This document shows, one piece after another, positions 29,781 to 37,772 of a stretch of 64,000 nucleotides of DNA (within the stretch, counting starts at the first letter, position 1; each line of letters opens with the position of its first letter). The notes below the pieces were generated by a model. It was not told where the DNA came from, made no database searches, and was given only the letters and a program-made list of their open reading frames with translations. Made by a program: the position numbers and the translations under genes. The DNA is from Solirubrobacterales bacterium (GTDB lineage Bacteria; Actinomycetota; Thermoleophilia; Solirubrobacterales; JBBDJG01), in NCBI GenBank assembly GCA_038330145.1, contig JBBQNR010000002.1, forward strand, positions 16,542 to 80,541, written 5' to 3'.

Positions 29781-32411
29781 ATGGCCACTCGCGAGCTCTA
29801 CCTGATCGACGGCAACAGCCTCGCCTACCGGGCGTTCTTCGCCCTGCCCGAGTCGATCGCGACCTCGGACGGTCGTCCGACGAACGCGATCTTCGGCTTC
29901 GCGAGCATGCTGGTGAAGATCCTGACCGAGCATGGGCCCAAGGCGACGGTGGTCGTGTGGGACGCGGGCATGTCCGGCCGCGAGCAGGAGTACGAGCCAT
30001 ACAAGTCCCAGCGCAAGCCGCGCCCCGACCTGCTGCGAGAGCAGTGGCCGCACCTCGAGCCGCTGGTCGAGGCCTTCGGCTACACCAACATCAGGGTCGA
30101 TGGCTACGAGGCCGACGACGTGATCGCCAGCCTCGCCGAGCGGGCGAAGGAGGCCGACATCGACGTGATGGTGGTCACCGGCGACCGCGATGCCTACCAG
30201 CTTCCCGACGACGGCCGAGTGCGCGTGATGACGACCTCGCGCGGGATCACCGACACGCACGTCTACGACCGCGAGGGGGTGATAGAGCGTTACGGCGTGC
30301 CGCCGGAGCGTGTGCCGGACTTCATCGGGCTGAAGGGCGACACCTCGGACAACATCCCCGGCGTGCCCGGCATCGGCGACAAGACCGCCGCGCAGCTGCT
30401 TCAGAAGTACGGGACGCTCGAGGAGGTGCTGGCGCACGTCGACGAGATCTCCGGCAAGAAGCGCCAGGAGAACCTGCGCGAGAACAGCGATCTCGCGCGC
30501 ATCTCGAAGCAGCTCGCCACCCTCAAGCGCGACATCGAGACCGGCCTCGACGTGACCGAGGTGGTGGCCGAGCCGGCGGACCGCTCACGGTTGCGTGACG
30601 TCTTCCGGGATTTCGAGCTTCGCGACCCGCTTCGGCGTCTGGAGGAGGCGCTGGGGACGGAGGACGCCGCTCCGCGGCCAAAGGGCGTCGAGCGTGTCGA
30701 GGTCAGGCACCGTGCCGGCGAGCTGTCGTCGCTGGCGGCCGGACCTGTAGCGGTCGCGCTGGCTGCCGACGGCCCGCGTCTGCGCTGGGCCGCGACGAGC
30801 GGCGGCGACGTGATGGTGGGCGAGGCCCCCGACCTGGATTCGTTCCTGCAGGGGTGGGGCGACCGCCCGCTGGTGGCACACGACTGGAAGCAGACGAGCC
30901 GGGCGGTAACGTCGGCGCTGACCTCGGAGACCGAGGGCCGCGTCGCTCCGGAGCTGCTCGCGCACGACGTCACGATCGCCGCCTATCTGCTCAACCCGGC
31001 CCGTCGCACGTACCCCCTGACCGAGCTTGCCGAGGAGGCGGGTCTCGAGATCGACGCCGGCGGCGAGGAGGACCCCCAGGCGGCTCTTGCGGCGGAGGGC
31101 GAGGAGGACCCCGTCGCGGCTCTTGCGGCGGAGGCCGCCACCGTTCATGCGCTTGCTGAGCTTCAGCGACCGCGGATCGAGGAGCTTGGTCTGAAGCCAC
31201 TGTTCGAGCAGGTGGAGCTGCCGCTGGTCGAGGTCCTCTGCATGCTCGAGCGCGTGGGCGTGAAGCTCGACACCTACCGTCTGGCGGAGCTGGCGGCGGG
31301 CGTCGCGGACGAGATCGAAGCGCTCCAGCACGGGATCTGGGAGCTGGCGGGCGAGGAGTTCACGCTCGGCTCGCCGCAGCAACTGGCCCCGATCCTGTTC
31401 GAGAAGCTGGGACTTTCACGCAAGCGCCGTGGCAAGACCGGCTTCTCGACCGACGCTCGGGTGTTGCGGGCGATCCGGGACGAGCATCCGATTGTCCCCA
31501 AGATCGAGTCGTGGCGAGAGCTGTCCAAGCTGAAGAGCACCTACTTCGACGCGCTTCCGGGACTCATCTCTCCCGACACCGGCAGGCTGCACACGACGTT
31601 CAACCAGACGTCGACCACCACCGGCCGGCTGTCGAGCACCAACCCCAACCTGCAGAACATCCCGATCCGCACGGAGCTGGGGCGCAAGATCAGAGGCTGC
31701 TTCGTGGCCGAGCCTGAGTCTCTCCTGATATCGGCCGACTACTCGCAGGTGGAGCTGCGCATCCTCGCCCACGTCGCGGGCGAGGATGTGTTGAAGGAGA
31801 TCTTCGAGCGCGGCGAGGACGTTCATGCGGCGACGGCCGCCGAGGTGCTGAAGCTGCCTCCGGATCAGATCGGCCCCGGTGAGCGCTCTCGGGCCAAGGC
31901 CGTCAACTTCGGCATCGTCTACGGGCTCAGCGCTCATGGCCTGTCGGAGCAGCTCCAGATCCCGCACGACGAGGCCGGCGAGTACATCGAGCGCTACCTG
32001 AGCCGCTTCCCCGCGGTGCAGAAGTTCATCGAGGTGACGATCGCGAGCGCGATCGAGGAGGGGCACGTCGAGACGCTGTTCGGCCGCCGGCGCCCGATAC
32101 CCGAGCTGCGCTCGCGCAACTGGCAGACGCGCTCCCAGGGCGAGAGGCTGGCGGTCAACACCATCATTCAGGGCACCGCCGCGGACATAATGAAGGTCGC
32201 CATGGTCGCCAGCCACGACCGCCTGCGCGAGAGCGGCCTGAAGACGAGGCTGGTGCTGACGATCCACGACGAGCTGCTGTTCGAGGGGCCCGAGAGCGAG
32301 GTCGCGACCGCTTCGGAGATCGTGCGCGCGGAGATGGAGTCGGCCTACGAGCTGGACCCGCCGCTGAAGGTCGACCTTGGCGTGGGGGAGAACTGGCTGG
32401 ACGCGAAGTGA
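29781..32411 (+). CDS. polA: DNA polymerase I
   Basis: It has a 5'-nuclease N-terminus (LYLIDGNSLAYRAFFAL) and Pol A motifs (DYSQVELRILAH, QGTAADI). The start is ATG 29781. Confidence 0.92.
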   Translation: MATRELYLIDGNSLAYRAFFALPESIATSDGRPTNAIFGFASMLVKILTEHGPKATVVVWDAGMSGREQEYEPYKSQRKPRPDLLREQWPHLEPLVEAFGYTNIRVDGYEADDVIASLAERAKEADIDVMVVTGDRDAYQLPDDGRVRVMTTSRGITDTHVYDREGVIERYGVPPERVPDFIGLKGDTSDNIPGVPGIGDKTAAQLLQKYGTLEEVLAHVDEISGKKRQENLRENSDLARISKQLATLKRDIETGLDVTEVVAEPADRSRLRDVFRDFELRDPLRRLEEALGTEDAAPRPKGVERVEVRHRAGELSSLAAGPVAVALAADGPRLRWAATSGGDVMVGEAPDLDSFLQGWGDRPLVAHDWKQTSRAVTSALTSETEGRVAPELLAHDVTIAAYLLNPARRTYPLTELAEEAGLEIDAGGEEDPQAALAAEGEEDPVAALAAEAATVHALAELQRPRIEELGLKPLFEQVELPLVEVLCMLERVGVKLDTYRLAELAAGVADEIEALQHGIWELAGEEFTLGSPQQLAPILFEKLGLSRKRRGKTGFSTDARVLRAIRDEHPIVPKIESWRELSKLKSTYFDALPGLISPDTGRLHTTFNQTSTTTGRLSSTNPNLQNIPIRTELGRKIRGCFVAEPESLLISADYSQVELRILAHVAGEDVLKEIFERGEDVHAATAAEVLKLPPDQIGPGERSRAKAVNFGIVYGLSAHGLSEQLQIPHDEAGEYIERYLSRFPAVQKFIEVTIASAIEEGHVETLFGRRRPIPELRSRNWQTRSQGERLAVNTIIQGTAADIMKVAMVASHDRLRESGLKTRLVLTIHDELLFEGPESEVATASEIVRAEMESAYELDPPLKVDLGVGENWLDAK
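31062..31133 (+). repeat. In-frame 36-bp tandem duplication in polA, encoding GEEDP(Q/V)AALAAE x2
   Basis: Units 31062-31097 and 31098-31133 differ at three positions. Confidence 0.75.
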
Positions 32412-32445
32412 CGTCTTGCGCAGCAAACAGTCGCGACACCAGGCG

Positions 32446-32892
32446 ATGGACCGGACGCTTCTAGCCGGCCTCGCCACGGTCGTGGTCGGGGGACTGATCG
32501 CCCTTCAGGCGCCGATCAACTCCGGCCTGGGCAAGGCAACCGGCACCTTCGCCGCGGCCGCGATCTCGTTCACGGTCGGCACGGTGCTGCTGGTCGGCAT
32601 CGTGGTCGTAACGGGCGAGCTCGACAAGGTCTCCGGCGCCTTTCACGTCCCCGCCTACTACCTGGTCGGGGGCATTCTCGGCGCCTGTTACGTCACGACG
32701 GTCCTGCTCACGATCCGCACGCTGGGCGCGGGCGGAGTGACGGCCGCCACCGTGGCAGGCCAGCTATCGACGTCGGTGGTGCTGGACCGAGTCGGGTTCC
32801 TGGGACTGGAGGAGACCCCGATCTCGCTCATGCGAGTGATGGGAGTGCTGCTCCTGTTCGCCGGTACGTGGTTGGTGATCCAGGGGCGTTAG
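32446..32892 (+). CDS. DMT-superfamily small membrane protein (DUF606/YdcZ-like)
   Basis: The 148-aa ORF has about 4-5 TM segments and contains ALQAPINSGLGK. The start is ATG 32446. Confidence 0.6.
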   Translation: MDRTLLAGLATVVVGGLIALQAPINSGLGKATGTFAAAAISFTVGTVLLVGIVVVTGELDKVSGAFHVPAYYLVGGILGACYVTTVLLTIRTLGAGGVTAATVAGQLSTSVVLDRVGFLGLEETPISLMRVMGVLLLFAGTWLVIQGR

Positions 32893-32970
32893 CGCGACGG
32901 GGACAGACGTCGGTCCGCCCGCCACCTGACCGCCAACCTGCGGCACTGGTGACGAGCGGACCTATCTCGA

Positions 32971-32992
32971 TCAGGGCCTGTTCGCGCCCTGA
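32971..32992. terminator. Hairpin between the convergent DUF606 and csbD genes
   Basis: TCAGGGC is followed by 8 nt and then GCCCTGA (7-bp stem). Confidence 0.4.
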
Positions 32993-33005
32993 GCGTCCAC
33001 TAGCT

Positions 33006-33194
33006 TCAGGTTTTCCGTTCCAGGTCGGCGACCTCCTCGGCCTTGCGCTCCTCCTTCTCCTGGGCGCGGTCGAGCTGGTCCTTTGCCTCGCCCTTGCGCT
33101 CCTCGCGCGCACCCTGGCGGCGCAGCGAGGCGTCGTCGGTGAGGTCGCCGGCGGCCTTCTTGGCGCGGCCGGTGATCTTGTCCATGATGCTCAT
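33006..33194 (-). CDS. CsbD-family general stress protein
   Basis: The 62-aa protein begins MSIMDKITGRAKKAAGDLTDDASLRRQG, a typical CsbD pattern. Confidence 0.8.
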   Translation of the reverse strand: MSIMDKITGRAKKAAGDLTDDASLRRQGAREERKGEAKDQLDRAQEKEERKAEEVADLERKT

Positions 33195-33271
33195 CTCGGT
33201 CCTTTCCGCGGTTTCCCTTGCAGCGTTGAGGGTTGCCGCGAGCGACCGGGCGCAAACGTGAGCGGGCGTGC

Positions 33272-34444
33272 CTATGCGGCTTCAGACAGCTCTGCCAGGG
33301 GCCGGCGAGCCGGTGTTTCCACCGCCTGCGCAAAGCTCGGGTGGGCGATGTTGAGGTAGTGATTGAAGGACCAGCGCACCAGCCGTTCGTTGCCGATCGC
33401 GCGGATGGCGGCGGCCAGGAGTGGGGGAGGCACGCGGGGCACGATGCGCTGCCCCAGCAGCATCGAGCGGAACTTCCATTCGTGGCGGGCGGAGAATGCG
33501 CCGTAGCGGCGCAGCGCGGAATCCCGAGAAGCCCTGCCCTCGAGAACGCCGCGGATCTCTCTTCCGCAGGCGATGCCGAAGTAGAAGGCGGTGCGGATTC
33601 CCTCGGCCGTCAGCGGCAGGCAGTGGCCGGCGGAGTCGCCGGCGAAGAAGATGCCATCGCCGGTGGCCGGCCGCAGCTTGTGCGGGATCCAGTTGCCCTG
33701 GTAGCGAACGGCGTCGCGCCGCAAGCGTTCGGCGAGGTCAACCGTCGGCTCCTTGACGTGGAAGCGCGGGTCGAAGGAGCCGACGCCGACTCTCATCTCG
33801 TCGTCCGCCGGAAAGCTCCAGCCGTATCCGGCCGGCACGATCGAGCGCTCGATCCAGATCTCGAGGTCGCGGCCGTTTCCGGGCGGATGCACCTCGAGCC
33901 CGCGCGAGAGCGGCGCGTCCGGAGGCTGGTAGCCGTCGACGTCGAGCACCCGGCGCCAGCCGAGCGCGTCGACGACCAACGGCGCCGACACGTCGCCGCG
34001 GTCAGTGCTGATCGTGATGGAGCCGGAACCGTTGGCGCCTGGCCGCCGTCCCTGGACGGTCGCGGTCTCGAATTGAGCGTCGTTCTGATCGTCCAGGAGG
34101 GAGCAGAGCTGCGGGTAGTCGAAGGTCGAGAAGCTGAACGGCAGGCGGTAGCGCGCCGTGTCCAGGGGGGTGTGGATGACCAGCTCCGAGAAGGTCTGCC
34201 GGACCGAGGGCTCCAGCTCGAGAGCCTCCAGCCATGCGGTCGGCGCAGCGCAGGCGGAGGTCTGCTTCTCCCCGACGTCGTAGCGGTCCAGCACCAGCAC
34301 CCGAGCGGGCCGCCCGCCGATCCTCGCACTCGCCAGCTCCCGGGCCACGGCCAGCCCGGCGAAGCTCGCCCCACAGACCAGCACGTCGTAGTCTCCGGCG
34401 AGAGCCGTCCGCGCCGATCCTCGCTTTGTTCTCCTGCGTGGCAC
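33272..34444 (-). CDS. FAD-dependent oxidoreductase (geranylgeranyl-reductase-like family)
   Basis: It has the dinucleotide-binding motif YDVLVCGASFAGLAVA. The ORF is 390 aa with a GTG start. Confidence 0.7.
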   Translation of the reverse strand: MPRRRTKRGSARTALAGDYDVLVCGASFAGLAVARELASARIGGRPARVLVLDRYDVGEKQTSACAAPTAWLEALELEPSVRQTFSELVIHTPLDTARYRLPFSFSTFDYPQLCSLLDDQNDAQFETATVQGRRPGANGSGSITISTDRGDVSAPLVVDALGWRRVLDVDGYQPPDAPLSRGLEVHPPGNGRDLEIWIERSIVPAGYGWSFPADDEMRVGVGSFDPRFHVKEPTVDLAERLRRDAVRYQGNWIPHKLRPATGDGIFFAGDSAGHCLPLTAEGIRTAFYFGIACGREIRGVLEGRASRDSALRRYGAFSARHEWKFRSMLLGQRIVPRVPPPLLAAAIRAIGNERLVRWSFNHYLNIAHPSFAQAVETPARRPLAELSEAA

Positions 34445-34495
34445 TGGAGGACCAGCTTAGTGGGGCATCGGGGTGGGAAGTCACCCTGCTGGCGC

Positions 34496-34501
34496 TATAG
34501 T
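34496..34501 (+). promoter_or_regulatory. -10 box of leaderless rpsA
   Basis: TATAGT is followed by 7 nt and then GTG 34509. Confidence 0.45.
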
Positions 34502-34508
34502 TCCGCAC

Positions 34509-36086
34509 GTGCCGCAGGTCGACACGCCCCCGCAGGCTGCGCCCGGGGTCGAGACTTTCAACGGCAGCGACCTCATGATCGAGGTCGATGGCCAGCTCGT
34601 CCCGAACTACGACGCGACCATCAAGCCCTTCGAGGAGGGAGATGTCGTCACGGGCAAAGTCGTGCGCATCGACAAGGACGAGGTCCTGGTCGACATCGGC
34701 TACAAGTCGGAGGGCGTCATACCCATCAGCGAGCTTTCGATCCGGCGCTCGGTCGATCCCTCCGAGGAGGTCGAGCTGGGCGAGGAGGTGGATGCGCTGG
34801 TCCTCACCAAGGAGGATCAGGACGGCCGCCTGCTGCTTTCGAAGAAGCGCGCCCGCTTCGAGCGCGCGTGGCGCAAGATCGAGGAGGCGGCGACAACCGG
34901 CGAGCCCGTCGAGGGCAAGGTGATCGAGGTCGTCAAGGGCGGTCTCATAATCGACCTCGGGGTACGCGGATTCCTGCCCGCCTCGCTGGTCGACATCCGC
35001 CGGGTGCAGAACCTCGACGAGTACCTCGGGCAGACCATCGAGTGCAAGGTGATCGAGCTCAACCGCAGCCGCAACAACGTCGTGCTCTCGCGGCGAGCGG
35101 TGCTGGAGGAGGAGCGCAAGGAGGCCCGCCAGCAGATCCTCGACCGGCTCCAGAAAGGCGAGGTCGTGGAGGGCACGATCTCCAACATCGTCGACTTCGG
35201 CGCCTTCGTCGACCTCGACGGCATCGACGGCCTGATCCACATCTCCGAGCTTTCGTGGGGCCACGTCAACCACCCGTCGGAGGTGCTCACGATCGGTCAG
35301 ACCGTGAGCGTCAAGGTGCTCGACATCGACCGTGACCGCCAGCGCATCTCGCTTGGTCTCAAGCAGACCCAGGAGGACCCGTGGCAGCGGGTCGTCAGCA
35401 CATACACCGTGGGCGACGTGCTCGAGGGCAAGGTGACAAAGGTGGTCGCCTTCGGAGCCTTCGTCGAGGTGATGGAGGGCGTCGAGGGCTTGGTCCACAT
35501 CTCCGAGCTTGCACAGCACCACGTCGAGAACCCGCGTGAAATCGTCAACCCGGGCGACGTCGGCCGCGTCAAGATCCTCGAGATCGACGAGGAGCGCCGC
35601 CGCCTGTCGCTGAGCTTCAAGCGCGTCGAGGACCAGATACTGCCGATCCGCGACCGCATGGTTGCGCCGCCGGCGGAAGACGGAGGCGAGGCCGGTGACG
35701 CGCCGGAGCTGGGTCTTTCAGAGGACGTCTTCACGTCGGAGCCGGCCGAAGTCGAGGCCGCGCAGGTGGCTGCGCCGGAGCTTGAAACCGAGGCCCCCGT
35801 TGCGGCCGAGCCCGTGCCGGCGGAGGCCGAGCCTGCGCCAGCGGAGGCAGAGCCCGAGGCCGCGGAGGCAGAGCCCGAGGCCGCAGAGGCAGAGCCCGAG
35901 GCCGCAGAGACTGCGCCCGAGGCGCCGATCGACGCTGAGCCCGAGGCCGTGCCGGAGCCAGAAGCCCCGGCTGCGGAGGCTCCAGCGGAGGAGCAGCCCG
36001 CCGCGGACGCCGGCGGCGAGCAGCCGGAGACGGCGCAGGACGCGGACGCGGCCCCGGACGAGCCCGCAGACGAGCCCGCGCCCTAA
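34509..36086 (+). CDS. rpsA: 30S ribosomal protein S1 with acidic Ala/Glu/Pro C-terminal tail
   Basis: It has four S1 repeats (GDVVTGKVVRID..., GKVIEVVKGG..., VEGTISNIVDFGAFVDL, LEGKVTKVVAFGAFVEV). The start is uncertain among GTG 34473, GTG 34509 and ATG 34575. I prefer 34509 because TATAGT lies 7 nt upstream. Confidence 0.88.
   Translation: MPQVDTPPQAAPGVETFNGSDLMIEVDGQLVPNYDATIKPFEEGDVVTGKVVRIDKDEVLVDIGYKSEGVIPISELSIRRSVDPSEEVELGEEVDALVLTKEDQDGRLLLSKKRARFERAWRKIEEAATTGEPVEGKVIEVVKGGLIIDLGVRGFLPASLVDIRRVQNLDEYLGQTIECKVIELNRSRNNVVLSRRAVLEEERKEARQQILDRLQKGEVVEGTISNIVDFGAFVDLDGIDGLIHISELSWGHVNHPSEVLTIGQTVSVKVLDIDRDRQRISLGLKQTQEDPWQRVVSTYTVGDVLEGKVTKVVAFGAFVEVMEGVEGLVHISELAQHHVENPREIVNPGDVGRVKILEIDEERRRLSLSFKRVEDQILPIRDRMVAPPAEDGGEAGDAPELGLSEDVFTSEPAEVEAAQVAAPELETEAPVAAEPVPAEAEPAPAEAEPEAAEAEPEAAEAEPEAAETAPEAPIDAEPEAVPEPEAPAAEAPAEEQPAADAGGEQPETAQDADAAPDEPADEPAP
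35841..35924 (+). repeat. In-frame 21-bp tandem repeat x3-4 in the rpsA tail, encoding (AEAEPEA)n
   Basis: GC(G/A)GAGGCAGAGCCCGAGGCC occurs three times, followed by a degenerate fourth unit. Confidence 0.8.
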
Positions 36087-36251
36087 GTGGCGCTCTTCGA
36101 AACGTTTCACCGCAAACGGCGGCCTCCGGAACCGCCATGCGGCGTCCTCGGTCGCCCACGTACTCACCGAGTACGCGGGCTTCCTGCGTCCTTGCCTGGC
36201 AGCCCCGGAACTGCGCCGTTTCCTGGCGAACGTTCCGGCGAACGCCACTAG
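36084..36251 (+). repeat. Family A structured intergenic element, full copy 1 (rpsA-coaE spacer)
   Basis: It runs from TAAGTGGCG to CGCCACTAG. The outer ~27-35 nt are inverted complements. Internal hairpins lie at 36118-36136 and 36155-36179. Its ~70-nt core differs from copy 3 at only two positions. Confidence 0.85.
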
Positions 36252-36257
36252 CCCTAG

Positions 36258-36857
36258 TTGCTCTTCATTGGCCTGACCGGCGGTATCGGGGCGGGCAAGT
36301 CGGAAGCCCTCGCCGCATCCGAGCGGCTGGGCGCCGCGGTGCTGTCCACGGACGCGGTCGTGCACGAGCTGCTGGGCAGCGACGAGTTGCGCGAGGCGCT
36401 GTCCGAGCACTGGGGCGAGCGGGTGCTGGCAGCAAGCGGCGAGGTCGACCGCGCCGCGGTGGCGGAGATCGTGTTCGAGAGCCCGGAGGAGCTTCGCTGG
36501 CTGGAGTCGGTGGTGTTTCCCCGCGTCGGCGAGCGCGTCGTCGCCTGGCGGGCGGACCTCGAGGCGGCACCCGATCCGCCGCCGGCTGCCGTGGTGGAGG
36601 TGCCCCTGCTGTTCGAGGCCGGTATCGAAGGTATCTTCGACACAACGATTGCGGTGGTGAGCGCGGAGCAGACTCGCGCCCAGCGCGCCGAGGACCGCGG
36701 CCAGCCCGGCCTGGGCGGCCGCGAGGCGCGCCAGCTCACCCAAGAAGAGAAGGCCGAACGGGCGGATCACGTGGTGCGAAACGAGGGAACGCTGGAGGAG
36801 TTGGAGCAGTCGATGCGGGAGGTGCTGGGCTCGCTGACGCGCGGTGATACGCGTTGA
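36258..36857 (+). CDS. coaE: Dephospho-CoA kinase
   Basis: It has the P-loop IGLTGGIGAGKS. It occupies the conserved position after rpsA. The start is TTG. Confidence 0.85.
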   Translation: MLFIGLTGGIGAGKSEALAASERLGAAVLSTDAVVHELLGSDELREALSEHWGERVLAASGEVDRAAVAEIVFESPEELRWLESVVFPRVGERVVAWRADLEAAPDPPPAAVVEVPLLFEAGIEGIFDTTIAVVSAEQTRAQRAEDRGQPGLGGREARQLTQEEKAERADHVVRNEGTLEELEQSMREVLGSLTRGDTR

Positions 36858-37489
36858 GCGGCGCAAGCAGGCTCAGGAACTCGTCGGCTGAGCGCCGGGC
36901 AGGAAGGGGCGGCGAACGGCGGCGGCTCGGCAGGCGTCGCAGCGTCGGGCTGGTCGCATTGGCCATCGCCGTCGCAGTGGGAGTGGGGATCGCCCTCAGC
37001 AGCCCGATCGAGGACGCGATCAAGGAGCTGACGCTGCCGCTGCGCCACGACGACATCATCCGGCAGCAGGCGCGCGACAAGAACCTCGACCCGGCGCTGA
37101 TCGCCGCCATCATCTACCGCGAGTCGAAGTTCCGAGACCAGACCTCCAAGGCCGGCGCCAAGGGGCTGATGCAGATCCTTCCCTCGACGGCCGAGTTCGT
37201 CGCCCGCAAGTCCGGGGGGACGGAGTTCACCAAGGGCGACCTCGGCGACCCGCAGATCAACATCTCCTACGGTTGCTGGTACTTTCGCTACCTGCTCGAC
37301 CTCTACGACGGCAACGAGGTGGCGGCGATCGCCGCCTACAACGCCGGCCACGGGCGCGTCGACGACTGGGGCGGCGCCCAGCTCCGGGTGGAGGACATCC
37401 GCTTCCCCGAGACCAGGCAGTACACACGCGAGGTGCTGCAGAAGCGCGGCGAGTACGCCGACCACTATCGCGACGAGCTCGGCCTCTAG
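36854..37489 (+). CDS. Lytic transglycosylase (SLT domain) with N-terminal membrane anchor
   Basis: SLT blocks are present (AIIYRESKF, GLMQI, AAYNAG). The TTG start overlaps the coaE TGA. Confidence 0.8.
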   Translation: MSGASRLRNSSAERRAGRGGERRRLGRRRSVGLVALAIAVAVGVGIALSSPIEDAIKELTLPLRHDDIIRQQARDKNLDPALIAAIIYRESKFRDQTSKAGAKGLMQILPSTAEFVARKSGGTEFTKGDLGDPQINISYGCWYFRYLLDLYDGNEVAAIAAYNAGHGRVDDWGGAQLRVEDIRFPETRQYTREVLQKRGEYADHYRDELGL

Positions 37490-37497
37490 GCGGCGGC

Positions 37498-37680
37498 GTG
37501 GCCCCCGCGCGCGGATGGAAGGGCAGGACGGCGGTCATCTCGGCGGTCGCGCTGGGGCTGGCCACGCTGTGGGCGGACGATTCCTACGAGCTGATCTTCT
37601 GGCTCACGATCGCCGGCGGCGCCGTGCTGCTGGCCGACGTGCTGATCCAGCTTCGAAGACCGCGAAGACGCCGCAGCTAA
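37498..37680 (+). CDS. Small hypothetical membrane protein (60 aa, two predicted TM helices)
   Basis: The GTG start lies 8 nt after the SLT stop. Third codon positions are strongly G/C. The protein is hydrophobic with an Arg-rich tail. Confidence 0.35.
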   Translation: MAPARGWKGRTAVISAVALGLATLWADDSYELIFWLTIAGGAVLLADVLIQLRRPRRRRS

Positions 37681-37682
37681 CA

Positions 37683-37758
37683 AAAACATCGAGCCGGCTT
37701 CGGCGGACACCTAAGGTCCTGAGAGTCCGCTGCGCCGCCTGACGGCTGTTACGCGGCC
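37683..37758 (+). repeat. Family B intergenic element, copy 2 (upstream of uvrB)
   Basis: The sequence is AAAACATCGAGCCGGCTTCGGCGGACACCTAAGGTCCTGAGAGTCCGCTGCGCCGCCTGACGGCTGTTACGCGGCC. The hairpin at 37727-37756 covaries with 7877-7904. Confidence 0.75.
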
Positions 37759-37760
37759 TC

Positions 37761-37766
37761 TAACAT
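37761..37766 (+). promoter_or_regulatory. -10 box of leaderless uvrB
   Basis: TAACAT is followed by 6 nt and then GTG 37773. Confidence 0.45.
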
Positions 37767-37772
37767 CAGATT

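Noticed and set aside
36137-36250. Family A might encode a small protein. The plus frame gives MRRPRSPTYSPSTRASCVLAW... in copies 1 and 3, and a minus frame is open in all three copies.
   Set aside because: In the plus frame, copy 2 hits a stop after nine codons. The minus-frame peptide is completely rewritten across the hairpin (KPAYSVSTWATEDAAW versus ETLYRSVQGRQRTPHGG) while base pairing is preserved. Conservation is therefore at the nucleotide and structure level, not the protein level.
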